Positions 54,410-63,373 of a stretch of 64,000 nt of DNA are shown here, one piece after another. Origin of the DNA: a virus. A program made the translations under genes and the position numbers. The stretch is from positions 1 to 64,000 of the IMG/VR virus record IMGVR_UViG_3300007106_000008; one strand, 5' to 3'. Under the pieces are notes generated by a model. The model was not told the origin of the DNA. It worked only from the letters and a program-made list of their open reading frames with translations, and made no database searches. Positions within the stretch are counted from its first letter, which is position 1. Each line of letters begins with the position of its first letter.

Positions 54410-55465
54410 TTATCCATGTAGGTATCTGGATATAGCACTAGTTGCTATACGCCATTCTTTCGTTTCTGTAATTTCTGGTGCAGCTTTAGCTGCTGCTCGG
54501 AAGAACAGAATACGGTGAGTTAACTGAGGCATACGGTGGATATAATCCAACACATCTGCGAAGTTATCCGTAGTAACTTTGTTAGCCAAGTGAATGACAG
54601 TAGCCCAGCTTAGGTTATTGCTATTAGGCAATGGACAGTTTTGCGGGTCTTTGAGTACTCGTTCAATAGTGACTAGTTGGTCATAAACCTGTGTAAACTG
54701 AACAAACTCAGTAGCTTTACCTGGGGTAATGTGACCGGAATAGAATAGTGAATCCTCATCCGGTAACGGCCCTGGAGCCTGGTTCTTAAGGTCTTTGTTA
54801 ACAAAGTCCCAAGTACGCTCGCAACAGAACGTTTTGTTCTTATGTGCTGGGTCAAAGTCGTTCAGATAGTTATTGTTTGCATGTAAGAATGCAACCAAAC
54901 GTTCGTCCCACTCGTATGGAATCATTACATCTTCAGCAAAGATGTCGAAGTTAGTTTCCATCTCCAAGTGAACTACACGGGACTGCATTGCAGTACCCAT
55001 AGGGTTAACGATAGCTCGGTCACTGACTTTGTTACCGGCACAGGCAATCATTACCTGTGGGTGTAACTTATGCTGTCCAACCATGCGGTCTAGAATCAGT
55101 TTATAAGCAGCAGCTACTACTTCTTTCTTGGCAGAGTTGAACTCATCTAAGAAGATTAGCCAGCCGTTATAACCATCTGGAACTTTGTCTCCCTCTAATG
55201 GGAACAGGTCTGCAAATGGTGCAAACTCTGCTTTACCATCACTACGGAAACGAGGAAGACCTGACAGGTCTTCTGGTGCAGAAGTAGATAGACGATGGTC
55301 AATCAACTTCATACCAAAATCATCAGCAATAGAGCTAATTATTGAAGATTTGCCCATTCCTGGCGAAGAAGTCAGGAATGGTACGTTACCGGCTAATAAA
55401 GCACGGATAATAAACTTACGAGCTTGACGGCTATTACATACCGTAAGCGAGTCAATTGCAGGCAT
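54410..55465 (-). CDS. MoxR-like AAA+ ATPase (N4 gp24-like)
   Basis: Walker A TSSPGMGKSS and Walker B WLIFLDEFNSA. 351 aa. Confidence 0.8.
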   Translation of the reverse strand: MPAIDSLTVCNSRQARKFIIRALLAGNVPFLTSSPGMGKSSIISSIADDFGMKLIDHRLSTSAPEDLSGLPRFRSDGKAEFAPFADLFPLEGDKVPDGYNGWLIFLDEFNSAKKEVVAAAYKLILDRMVGQHKLHPQVMIACAGNKVSDRAIVNPMGTAMQSRVVHLEMETNFDIFAEDVMIPYEWDERLVAFLHANNNYLNDFDPAHKNKTFCCERTWDFVNKDLKNQAPGPLPDEDSLFYSGHITPGKATEFVQFTQVYDQLVTIERVLKDPQNCPLPNSNNLSWATVIHLANKVTTDNFADVLDYIHRMPQLTHRILFFRAAAKAAPEITETKEWRIATSAISRYLHG

Positions 55466-55485
55466 TTTACTCTCCAGTTAACCTA

Positions 55486-55689
55486 TTAAGATTCTTTTTC
55501 TGCTTTATTAGCTTCAATCTCAGTTAGTGTTCTAACGCCCTCAGTAGTTAAGTACCAACCAAACGTTGAGGAACATTTAACAAGGCCTAGTTTATATAAA
55601 GAACGGCCGGTCTTATTGGATATAGCACGAGGTGCAGTATTAGATTTAGCCATCTTTAAAAAGATAACTTGGTTTGTAGAAAGCTTCAT
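55486..55689 (-). CDS. Hypothetical small protein
   Basis: 67-aa ORF. Confidence 0.5.
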   Translation of the reverse strand: MKLSTNQVIFLKMAKSNTAPRAISNKTGRSLYKLGLVKCSSTFGWYLTTEGVRTLTEIEANKAEKES

Positions 55690-55874
55690 TTACTCTCCGG
55701 TACAAATTGCATAATACAATGTTGGTTACGTGGAATATTTAGTTCACAGGCATCCCTTAGCTTTTCGGCTTTGAAGATAGCGAAAACACCTACATTGCCC
55801 AGAAATAATCCCATTAATACAGCACCAATAATAAAGCTAATTAACATTGCAAAAAGTGTATTTTCTGAGTCCAT
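55686..55874 (-). CDS. Small membrane protein
   Basis: 62 aa with a single TM (LFAMLISFIIGAVLMGLFLGNVGVFAIF). Confidence 0.5.
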   Translation of the reverse strand: MDSENTLFAMLISFIIGAVLMGLFLGNVGVFAIFKAEKLRDACELNIPRNQHCIMQFVPESK

Positions 55875-55910
55875 TAACTATTCCTTTTAGTTCTTTTTTC
55901 TTGGGTCATT

Positions 55911-56123
55911 TCAATCGTCCTTAAGCACAACCATTAACTTAATAGGAACTACACGTGCAGATTCATTAAAATCTTTAAGTTCCCCTGTTTCTAAGTCAAC
56001 GGCAATAGGCCCACTAAAACTAGTAATTCGCATATAGTATCTATCCTCACGTTGAAAGGTTTCCCCAACCTTAATCGATATTAATGGTACTTCAACAGGT
56101 ACTTTTACTACGGATACATCCAT
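55911..56123 (-). CDS. Hypothetical small protein (short form)
   Basis: The ATG at 56123 (MDVSVVKVPVEV...) is preceded by ggagaaat. The longer tracked form overlaps the decoration gene. Confidence 0.5.
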   Translation of the reverse strand: MDVSVVKVPVEVPLISIKVGETFQREDRYYMRITSFSGPIAVDLETGELKDFNESARVVPIKLMVVLKDD

Positions 56124-56202
56124 GGTATTTCTCCGATTTATAATAAACCAAGCTACAAAAAAGCCCTCACAAGGAGGGCTATAACCAAACAAAGGAATAC
56201 TA

Positions 56203-57024
56203 TTAAGCTGCAACAGTGATAGCGATAGTTACATCAATAGTACCGTTGGTAACTACAACAGAAGTGGCAGCACCAGCAGCTACAGGTTTAACTGTCAGTA
56301 CATTACCAGTAATGGTAGCAGTAGCACGAGCAGCAGCCGGAGCAGTCTTAATGCTTAAAGTACCAATAGATGCATCAGCAGGTACTGGAGCAAACGCTAC
56401 AGTCTTACCGTTTGCTAAATCGTCTGCTACTGAAAGAGACAGAGAAGTAGGAGTTGGGGTAATACCAGTTAATGCAGGAGGTGGGTAAGCTCCCACTGCT
56501 AGTAAGGATTCAGAAGTAACCTTAGTTCCATTTGCATCACTTACTTCAACTTTGTATAAACCAGCAGATTCGGCTGTAACCTTGTGATTAACTAAAGTAG
56601 CTGTCTTAGCTGTAGGGTTAACCTTATCGTCAATTAAGGTAGTACCCCAGTACCATTTATATGTATATGGTGCTTTACCCCCTAATACAACTACTGACCA
56701 AGAAACATCTTTACCTTCAATGGTAGAGATGACACGAGGTAGTGCAGTACCAATAACCAGACGAGGTGTAGCAGAGTTAGTGATACTAACTGCTTGCATA
56801 TCCGTATAGTTATCAGGCCAGAACCCTTCTTTACTTGGGTCTGCTTTATCACGTTTGTATAGCAAGTCACGTACACCGTGATAAATAACAAGACTATCTG
56901 GGTAAGTTAAGTCAGGGTGATTGAATGTACCAATATTCACAGAACCAGATGGAATACTACCGCTGGCATCCAATACGGTAGCTAAGTGAGTAGTTTTGTT
57001 GAAAGCAATTTTCAAGATTGGCAT
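56203..57024 (-). CDS. Ig-like domain capsid decoration protein (N4 gp17-like)
   Basis: The ATG at 57024 is preceded by gaggat. Ig-like repeats (YTYKWYWGTTL...AESAGLYKVEVSDANGTKVTSESLL; Big_2-like C-terminus). Directly downstream of the RNAP II genes as N4 gp17 is. Confidence 0.7.
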   Translation of the reverse strand: MPILKIAFNKTTHLATVLDASGSIPSGSVNIGTFNHPDLTYPDSLVIYHGVRDLLYKRDKADPSKEGFWPDNYTDMQAVSITNSATPRLVIGTALPRVISTIEGKDVSWSVVVLGGKAPYTYKWYWGTTLIDDKVNPTAKTATLVNHKVTAESAGLYKVEVSDANGTKVTSESLLAVGAYPPPALTGITPTPTSLSLSVADDLANGKTVAFAPVPADASIGTLSIKTAPAAARATATITGNVLTVKPVAAGAATSVVVTNGTIDVTIAITVAA

Positions 57025-57041
57025 GTCTATATCCTCATAAT

Positions 57042-57074
57042 AAAAAATAAACCCCATACCCGAAGGTATGGGGC
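57042..57074 (-). terminator. Rho-independent terminator after RNAP II large subunit gene
   Basis: ccccatacc-cgaa-ggtatgggg stem. On the - strand it is followed by tttatttttt. Confidence 0.75.
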
Positions 57075-57139
57075 ATATACTAGCAGACTAGGGCCTGAGT
57101 ATGATAGCTAACAGGATTAGCATTAACAAAGACACCCAA

Positions 57140-58360
57140 TCAAGAAAGTGCATAATCTGTATCTAAAACATCTTTCCACATATCTGGGTCAAGTTTACCA
57201 ATAGTAAGTTCTTGATTCAGAATCTGGCTCATAATGAATTGCAATAGGTTAGATTTAGCAATGTCAGACAATACCTGATTATATTGGCGGCGTAAGTCAT
57301 TGCCATAGTTAGGATGGCAACGGAAGCAGTCATGCACAGTGAGTACTTTGAATGGACGTTTAGGCAGAGTATCAACTAGTGCCATAATTACTTTACGGTC
57401 AACCAGTTGAATACTACCTGCATCCAGATAATCAAAGATACGCATAGACAGGAACCCAGATTTCTCATAGTGTTCCCATAGAGTTGCTACCATTTCTTGG
57501 TTCTCTTCTAATGCTACATTACTCTCCTGAACCCCAAAGCATAGCTGTTTAATATAAGCTACTAACTCTGGGTCATAGGAGCAACGTCTAACCATTTCAC
57601 GTACAACCATACCGTCGATAGAGTGAGTGGTATTGGCTGATAACATACGTGTATTTTGTTCAGTACCTTGAACCATACGAGCAATGTCATACGGTTTGTT
57701 CAGGAACATTACAGTCTGTACTTCTGAAATCATTACCTTAATCTTCACATGGAAGTTATCAGGTAATACCCATACGTAGCTGGTGGCATCAGGATTACCA
57801 CATTGCAACCAGAACTTGTTAAGTTCCCATACTGCCGGTGCATTATTCGCCATAGTATTTTCAAATACCTTGAGCATGATACCTTCACCGAAGACCTCCT
57901 TGGGCAATGCTTCTGAACCATACAGTGCAGTCATGATTGCTTGCTTAGTGTCACTACGTTTAATACGAGAATTCTCCCCTAACACCTTTAGCATCATTTT
58001 ATAGATGACTGTATAAGCATCACGACGCTTAGGTTTAGTAGAATCTTTCTCATAGAAGCTAACTACGTTACACAGTTCAGCAGCTTTACGGTCACCAGTT
58101 AGACAAGCCAATAGTTGCATACCTGATGATGTTGCATCTAATGCTACGGTATAGCCAATAGGCTTCCCTTCTTGCATATCTTTATATGCATTAATACCTG
58201 CAAAGAATAATGATGGCTCCTCAGCTTCTTTTACTAGGTTGTCTAAGTTATTCTTGTTGTCTTCAAACCACTTAAGACGGTCATCCCAATCTTCTTTATC
58301 TAAACCATAGTTATTAGCTATATCGATAGCGAGGTACTCACGGGCAGTGAAAGTTTGCAT
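57140..58360 (-). CDS. RNAP II large subunit (T7-like RNAP C-terminal half, N4 gp16-like)
   Basis: Motif A ALDATSSGMQLLA, motif B RSDTKQAIMTALYGSE, motif C LTVHDCFRCHPN. 406 aa. Confidence 0.85.
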   Translation of the reverse strand: MQTFTAREYLAIDIANNYGLDKEDWDDRLKWFEDNKNNLDNLVKEAEEPSLFFAGINAYKDMQEGKPIGYTVALDATSSGMQLLACLTGDRKAAELCNVVSFYEKDSTKPKRRDAYTVIYKMMLKVLGENSRIKRSDTKQAIMTALYGSEALPKEVFGEGIMLKVFENTMANNAPAVWELNKFWLQCGNPDATSYVWVLPDNFHVKIKVMISEVQTVMFLNKPYDIARMVQGTEQNTRMLSANTTHSIDGMVVREMVRRCSYDPELVAYIKQLCFGVQESNVALEENQEMVATLWEHYEKSGFLSMRIFDYLDAGSIQLVDRKVIMALVDTLPKRPFKVLTVHDCFRCHPNYGNDLRRQYNQVLSDIAKSNLLQFIMSQILNQELTIGKLDPDMWKDVLDTDYALS

Positions 58361-58404
58361 TGTATTACTCCTGCATCTGGTTCATATAAACCGCATTGGA
58401 TTGA

Positions 58405-58716
58405 TTAGTTTGATTTGCCTGATTTCTTTAATTCAGACATCATGGTTGAGAAGTCAATATTAGCTGGGGTTAAATCAATTATTGGGTGGCCTAACTGGTG
58501 TAGTTCACTGTAGGCTGCGTGTTGCTCAGTCAACCCATTTATAGCATTAACAAATGATTCTAATGTATCCATACTAGTAAATAGGACTACAGTAACTTCT
58601 TCACCTGTAATAGCATTGTAAGCTTTATATAACACCTCTCCATCTATCCCCATAATTAGGGAGCCGTAGCCCCCCATTGTGTAGGATATAGGTATGAAAT
58701 CTTTACGCTTAGCCAT
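58405..58716 (-). CDS. Hypothetical protein inserted between the two RNAP II subunit genes
   Basis: 103-aa ORF overlapping the end of the small-subunit gene by 8 nt. Confidence 0.55.
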   Translation of the reverse strand: MAKRKDFIPISYTMGGYGSLIMGIDGEVLYKAYNAITGEEVTVVLFTSMDTLESFVNAINGLTEQHAAYSELHQLGHPIIDLTPANIDFSTMMSELKKSGKSN

Positions 58717-59524
58717 CTACCAGTTCCTTATCTGTAAACTCAATAACTGCTTTATTCCAACTAGTGCCCTGATAGTTAATATGATACCCCTGAGAATATG
58801 TTCTCCCACGTTTATCATATTTATGACCAAGACTAAATTCGTTACCTTCTTTGGTAACTAATTCCATTACATCCTTAGCTGTACGGTCATACTTCTCGAA
58901 TGCACGTACACGTTTTTCAAACTCTTGTCGAGTCTCACCTTCTTTAGGTTTATCTAGACTGCTCCACTTATTCTTAACGAACTTAGCTACATCCCAGTTA
59001 ATAGATAGTCGAATATTATTCATTCTATTGATGTGGTCTAGACACACATCCATATCATGATGATTCTTCTTAAGGATAATACTACCCTTGCCTACGTAGT
59101 AACCGGTGTCTGTATTGCATTTTACCAGTTTAGGTTCACTAACTATTGGTAATGGGTATTGGAATGACTCCAACTCCAATGCCACATCATCACTGATACC
59201 GTAAATGACAATAAACTTGTCAATGGTAGGGTCATAATCGAAGCAGTCATTCTCTGCCATAGTCAGCAGAGCATCTGTAATTACTTGTGCATTATCTGAG
59301 TGATGATGCAGGGAGCCTACTAATGTAGGCAGGTCGGCACGTTTATGTAGTGCCATTTGAACCATGGCATCTATGCCCAACTTAGGGTCAATACCAATAT
59401 GTTCAAAGAATCCGATGAAGTTAATATCTTCATAGTCTTTAAATTCTTTACTCATACGAGGAATCAACTGGTTCTTGCTGAACAGTTGTTCTAATTGCAT
59501 CTGATGTTCAATAGATGAGTACAT
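58709..59524 (-). CDS. RNAP II small subunit (T7-like RNAP N-terminal half, N4 gp15-like)
   Basis: 271 aa. DxxGR motif YDKRGRTY near the C-terminus. SD ggagg upstream. Confidence 0.8.
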   Translation of the reverse strand: MYSSIEHQMQLEQLFSKNQLIPRMSKEFKDYEDINFIGFFEHIGIDPKLGIDAMVQMALHKRADLPTLVGSLHHHSDNAQVITDALLTMAENDCFDYDPTIDKFIVIYGISDDVALELESFQYPLPIVSEPKLVKCNTDTGYYVGKGSIILKKNHHDMDVCLDHINRMNNIRLSINWDVAKFVKNKWSSLDKPKEGETRQEFEKRVRAFEKYDRTAKDVMELVTKEGNEFSLGHKYDKRGRTYSQGYHINYQGTSWNKAVIEFTDKELVDG

Positions 59525-59549
59525 CGCATATCCTCCAATTAGTTAAATA

Positions 59550-59568
59550 CCGAAAGGTGCGGAGCACC
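59550..59568 (-). promoter_or_regulatory. N4 vRNAP-type hairpin promoter upstream of the RNAP II genes
   Basis: + (template) strand reads CC-gaa-AGGTGC-GGA-GCACCT, a 6-bp stem with a 3-nt GGA loop. Counting the loop centre as -11 puts +1 at C59550. The transcript would start GG and include the SD and ATG of the small-subunit gene. Confidence 0.65.
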
Positions 59569-59653
59569 TATTTACTTAGTTATAGTAATACGTGAATCAC
59601 TGATCCTGCTACTAGCCACAGGACTACGTAGAATGCTATGCCATGTAGCTTTA

Positions 59654-60040
59654 TCAGAATGTTCCCCAGTAGGTGAAGCATTCACTGTGTGGCAGGTGTT
59701 CCTTCCATACTTCGTCGAACAGGCAATTGCCTGTTGCGTAATAGAACATGGGAGCAATCTCTGCATCACTGAAGCCAGCTAGCCCACAGCCAATACGTGT
59801 TACTTTGAATATCCACTCCGGGTGAGAATCAGCATACAGAATGAAGGCAGCAACGAACGTTTCAATATCCTCAAGTGACAAAGGCTTGATGTGCTGGTCT
59901 TTAGTAGGAATTGCATAGCTGCAACCATAATGACCTGCACCCATTCCCCAACGAGCACCATGTTTCTTATAAGCAGTTAATGCTGCACCAGCACCATGAA
60001 TACCTGCTAAGTTACTACCAAATACAAATATTTCTTTCAT
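59654..60040 (-). CDS. Conserved hypothetical protein (FGSNxxGxHGxGAA motif; Rossmann/SLOG-like fold suspected)
   Basis: 128 aa starting MKEIFVFGSNLAGIHGAGAALTAYKKHGA. Function not established. Confidence 0.55.
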   Translation of the reverse strand: MKEIFVFGSNLAGIHGAGAALTAYKKHGARWGMGAGHYGCSYAIPTKDQHIKPLSLEDIETFVAAFILYADSHPEWIFKVTRIGCGLAGFSDAEIAPMFYYATGNCLFDEVWKEHLPHSECFTYWGTF

Positions 60041-60213
60041 TATTTACCCCAACGTAGAAAACGATAAGTTGCATGAACATCGGTACAAAACTCAGGCAAA
60101 GCTGCCATAGTTTTTTGATGATCCCTCTGTTCTTGCTTGGTTCGGCATTTACCACATTTATTATCCCAATGTGACACGTAACCTTTTCCACATTTACATA
60201 CTTTGTTAGTCAT
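60040..60213 (-). CDS. Small zinc-ribbon protein (57 aa, not in ORF track)
   Basis: My translation is MTNKVCKCGKGYVSHWDNKCGKCRTKQEQRDHQKTMAALPEFCTDVHATYRFLRWGK. Its stop overlaps the next start (TAATG). Confidence 0.5.
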   Translation of the reverse strand: MTNKVCKCGKGYVSHWDNKCGKCRTKQEQRDHQKTMAALPEFCTDVHATYRFLRWGK

Positions 60214-60322
60214 TTTTATTCTCCAGACTAATAAGGAATTTTAGATTACGATTTACTTGTAAATCAATAAATCTGCGACTACCCAATATTTCACATTTTA
60301 CTTATGCGGAATAACATCGTCT

Positions 60323-60535
60323 TCATTTATGTGAGTCCCTAAAAGTTGTTATATCAAATAACTCACTAGACTTTATGTTAACACCCCTACCAAAGACTGC
60401 ACTATCAGCAGCTTCCTCTAATTTTTTAGGAGTACATTGAATAACTAGTAAGTATTCTTTACCATCTTGTCTAAATTTAAATTCTTTACGTAAATAATTT
60501 ACTTGTTTACCTTTAGTCTTTAATTTCATTTTCAT
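60323..60535 (-). CDS. Hypothetical early-region protein
   Basis: 70-aa ORF in the early gene array. Confidence 0.5.
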   Translation of the reverse strand: MKMKLKTKGKQVNYLRKEFKFRQDGKEYLLVIQCTPKKLEEAADSAVFGRGVNIKSSELFDITTFRDSHK

Positions 60536-60848
60536 TCTTTATCACCATAAAAGGAAATACTGGACGCCTAGATTTCCACTGATTCATAGCTATAGTGCTA
60601 GCTTTAGAATTATCGTACAAATCATATATAAAGGATATTATATAGTCTGGTTCTTCAGGTAAGTCCTCCTTACTAAAAGGTAGACCTGACTCCTCCATAA
60701 TCGGAACCAATGCAGAAGAGGGTTCTACGTATATAGTAAAATCACCCGTAAATGCTTTACTAGATTGAGCTACATAATCAATATCACGCATCATCTTATC
60801 TACATTGGAATAACCAATATCATGTACTATTAAAATACTTTTAGTCAC
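60513..60848 (-). CDS. Hypothetical early-region protein
   Basis: 111-aa ORF overlapping its neighbours. Confidence 0.55.
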   Translation of the reverse strand: MTKSILIVHDIGYSNVDKMMRDIDYVAQSSKAFTGDFTIYVEPSSALVPIMEESGLPFSKEDLPEEPDYIISFIYDLYDNSKASTIAMNQWKSRRPVFPFMVIKNENEIKD

Positions 60849-61155
60849 TAACTACCTCCAAAATTATTTTACGAATTACATTAACGTCCAGCTCTACGCC
60901 TATTAATCCGACAGGTTTACCTGACTTATCTTTAACTAATTCTAATATACGCTCCATCTCAGCAGTAATTAACTTATCACCACTAATAAGCCTATTTCGT
61001 AAATAAGCTTCATAAGCTACTGCAATATCCTCTACCGTGGTTCGTTCATTACGTTGGAATGGATTACATAAAGGCATGGGCATATGGATACGAATGTTTC
61101 TATTTGCTATAACTGCTTTATGCTGTGGAATACAGATTATTTCATTTAGGTACAT
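60841..61155 (-). CDS. Hypothetical early-region protein
   Basis: 104-aa ORF overlapping its neighbours. Confidence 0.55.
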   Translation of the reverse strand: MYLNEIICIPQHKAVIANRNIRIHMPMPLCNPFQRNERTTVEDIAVAYEAYLRNRLISGDKLITAEMERILELVKDKSGKPVGLIGVELDVNVIRKIILEVVSD

Positions 61156-61375
61156 CTTTACTCCGTAATGGATGTGATAGTGCCATCATGTTACAGGCAC
61201 TTGTTAAGTGGTAAGCATCTTTGTGGATAATCGCATCATGATTGCCTAATGAGTTGAGTTCACTAGATGCAGCTACTGCATATTCTTTTAATACCTTAGC
61301 TACTTCATAAGCACCATATAAAATAACCATATTACTAATTTGTTCTAGATGTATTGATAACATATCTATCTCCAA
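61142..61375 (-). CDS. Hypothetical early-region protein
   Basis: 77-aa ORF. Confidence 0.5.
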   Translation of the reverse strand: MEIDMLSIHLEQISNMVILYGAYEVAKVLKEYAVAASSELNSLGNHDAIIHKDAYHLTSACNMMALSHPLRSKDVPK

Positions 61376-61423
61376 TATCTATCTATGTCTACCCATTCGA
61401 AATAAAAAATTAAACTTTTCTAA

Positions 61424-61452
61424 TAAAAAATAGAACTCCCTAATGGGAGTTC
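61424..61452 (-). terminator. Rho-independent terminator (early region)
   Basis: gaactccc-taat-gggagttc stem. On the - strand it is followed by tatttttt. Confidence 0.7.
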
Positions 61453-61589
61453 ATTAAGCATGGGTGATTGAAAGTCACGATACGGCGAACAGGTACAGAT
61501 GTTCCAGCATCATTGCTATTACGCACTGGTTTATTAGCACGACGTTTAATAACATCTTCTCTGGTTCCCATTAAGATTGATTTACGCAT
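61440..61589 (-). CDS. Possible 49-aa basic peptide (not in ORF track)
   Basis: My translation is MRKSILMGTREDVIKRRANKPVRNSNDAGTSVPVRRIVTFNHPCLMNSH. Good SD aagggagaag upstream. The stop lies inside the terminator stem. Confidence 0.3.
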   Translation of the reverse strand: MRKSILMGTREDVIKRRANKPVRNSNDAGTSVPVRRIVTFNHPCLMNSH

Positions 61590-61604
61590 TAGTAATCTTC
61601 TCCC

Positions 61605-61994
61605 TTATTCAGTTAACACGTTAGGTGCTAAATCAATTAACTGTTTGGCAAGTCTCTCACACTCTAGTGTGCAATAAGACTCATCACGCCAAGTACCAGT
61701 ACTGTACATAGATAGATGCTCTAATGATGTACCTTTGAATTTGCTGGGGCATTTCATTAAGTCACCAAGATGTGAACAATCATAGCCAAATACATATTTA
61801 CCATTACTCCAATCAGGATAACCAGAATAGGTAAGACCACCATGTACTTTAATATAACTAAGGTCACCCTCATTCACTTTTTCTAATTCTGATGGAGATT
61901 CTACATAACCACAGTGATGTGTTTCATTTACTAGTAATATATAAGCAGCTAACCCAGCCTCTGTTGTCCAACTTTTAACTAATACATAGTTCAT
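61605..61994 (-). CDS. Hypothetical early-region protein
   Basis: 129-aa ORF. Confidence 0.6.
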   Translation of the reverse strand: MNYVLVKSWTTEAGLAAYILLVNETHHCGYVESPSELEKVNEGDLSYIKVHGGLTYSGYPDWSNGKYVFGYDCSHLGDLMKCPSKFKGTSLEHLSMYSTGTWRDESYCTLECERLAKQLIDLAPNVLTE

Positions 61995-62110
61995 TAAAAA
62001 TCCCCTGGTTCATCACGACCACGATAGTCTGGTTGAGCTGTGGTATCACCTGTTACACAGGCATATACGATACGGAATACTGCATAAATAATAATCAAAG
62101 TAGTAATCAT
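61994..62110 (-). CDS. Possible 38-aa membrane peptide (not in ORF track)
   Basis: My translation is MITTLIIIYAVFRIVYACVTGDTTAQPDYRGRDEPGDF. SD gaggt upstream. Its stop overlaps the next ATG (TAATG). Confidence 0.4.
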   Translation of the reverse strand: MITTLIIIYAVFRIVYACVTGDTTAQPDYRGRDEPGDF

Positions 62111-62112
62111 GG

Positions 62113-62298
62113 TTACCTCACACATTTAGAAATCTGTTTACGAGTAGGCTTGCTTACAAAGTAGTAGTCGTAATGCTTACCTGAACTATCTATAACAGAT
62201 ACCTGCCAACGAGCATATGCTGTCATATTATTATTGTAATAACGGTTAATCATGTTAATGAGCTTCTCAGGATTATAACGATTACATACAATGTACAT
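62113..62298 (-). CDS. Hypothetical early-region protein
   Basis: 61-aa ORF. Confidence 0.5.
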   Translation of the reverse strand: MYIVCNRYNPEKLINMINRYYNNNMTAYARWQVSVIDSSGKHYDYYFVSKPTRKQISKCVR

Positions 62299-62393
62299 TT
62301 ATTGCTCCAATATATGTCTAATAGAATAGGTTTGAGTTTTAGTACCTCTTCGTCGAAAAGGTCTTAAAAGTTAAACTTAGGTTTTAGATAGTT

Positions 62394-62423
62394 GAAAATA
62401 AAAGGACTCCCCGAAGGGAGTCC
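62394..62423 (-). terminator. Rho-independent terminator (early region)
   Basis: ggactccc-cgaa-gggagtcc stem. On the - strand it is followed by ttttatttt. Confidence 0.75.
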
Positions 62424-62432
62424 AATTAATGC

Positions 62433-62816
62433 TTAGAAAGTCAATTTACGAGCATACTTATTATCGTCAGTAGAGATAGCAGGAGCATCATCTTTAACAC
62501 GACGAAGTTGAACCTGAAGTTGAAGGATACCTTCAGCACCTGGTTCCAGGTCTTTGGCAAATGCCAGCAATTGTTCCAGTAAATCATTCTGTGCAAAACG
62601 CATAGCACGGAAGTCATCGTTGCTAGACTTAGTACTCAGAGGCTCCTGAGTATCTAATGGAATACCGGTAGGCAATGAGATGAATTTAGCTTCATCAGTA
62701 CCTTCATTGGCTGTATAACCAATGTTCAACCAGAACTGAGCTTTAGGACGCTCACCACTAGAAGCTTCGTTAGTTTTAGATTGACCGAATGTTTGACCAA
62801 AAGTTTTAATAGACAT
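62433..62816 (-). CDS. Hypothetical early protein (short form)
   Basis: The ATG at 62816 ([14 protein letters not shown]...) is preceded by ggagag. The tracked longer start at 62912 lies only 7 nt from the predicted transcription start and has no SD. Confidence 0.55.
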   Translation of the reverse strand: MSIKTFGQTFGQSKTNEASSGERPKAQFWLNIGYTANEGTDEAKFISLPTGIPLDTQEPLSTKSSNDDFRAMRFAQNDLLEQLLAFAKDLEPGAEGILQLQVQLRRVKDDAPAISTDDNKYARKLTF

Positions 62817-62918
62817 TTTGTACTCTCCAGATAAATGATTTGATTTATGGGTTAACTTGTCGGTAAGTAAACCCAAACAAAAGGATAGAATTTCAAATAG
62901 AATTGGATTCATTAGAAT

Positions 62919-62937
62919 CCTTTAGACGCGGAGCGTC
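62919..62937 (-). promoter_or_regulatory. N4 vRNAP-type hairpin promoter
   Basis: + (template) strand reads CC-ttt-AGACGC-GGA-GCGTCT. Same architecture as the other two. Predicted +1 at C62919. Confidence 0.65.
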
Positions 62938-62949
62938 TGGTTTTAAGAC

Positions 62950-63324
62950 TTAAAGGCTGTATTCTTCTTCTGTACCACTAACATTAGTTAATAATGTATG
63001 CCCATAGTACCCATTGTGAGAATTGAAGATATGCAGGTAGAGTAAATCACCAGCATCATTTGTTAATTCGAAAGTAAGCATACAACCTTCATCTAATGAA
63101 TGCTGTTTGGATACATCCTCTGGTTCTTTGGGGATGAAGTAGAAACCTTTATAGTTGATACCCATATTCCCACTTGGGTAGTTATAGTCTGTAGTAGTAA
63201 CTGATTTGTCTTTAGACAAGAACCAATCAGCATACTCACAGCAAGATTGCATAGTATCGAAACCTACATACATGTCATTCTTATCTATGAAATTTACTTT
63301 TGAATCTTCAGTTTTGATAAGCAT
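62950..63324 (-). CDS. Hypothetical early protein
   Basis: 124-aa ORF with SD aggaaagg upstream. Confidence 0.6.
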   Translation of the reverse strand: MLIKTEDSKVNFIDKNDMYVGFDTMQSCCEYADWFLSKDKSVTTTDYNYPSGNMGINYKGFYFIPKEPEDVSKQHSLDEGCMLTFELTNDAGDLLYLHIFNSHNGYYGHTLLTNVSGTEEEYSL

Positions 63325-63350
63325 GTTACCTTTCCTAAGTTATTGATAAC

Positions 63351-63370
63351 CAAAAGAAGCGGAGCTTCTT
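63351..63370 (-). promoter_or_regulatory. N4 vRNAP-type hairpin promoter
   Basis: + (template) strand reads CC-aaa-AGAAGC-GGA-GCTTCT, extendable to a 7-bp stem AAGAAGC/GCTTCTT. As I recall, this matches the stem-loop of the published N4 P2 promoter. Predicted +1 at C63351. Confidence 0.7.
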
Positions 63371-63373
63371 AAC

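Noticed and set aside
59572-59769. 65-aa - strand ORF spanning the gap upstream of the RNAP II genes
   Set aside because: It overlaps the 3' end of the better 59654..60040 gene in another frame, stops right beside the hairpin promoter, and has no SD.
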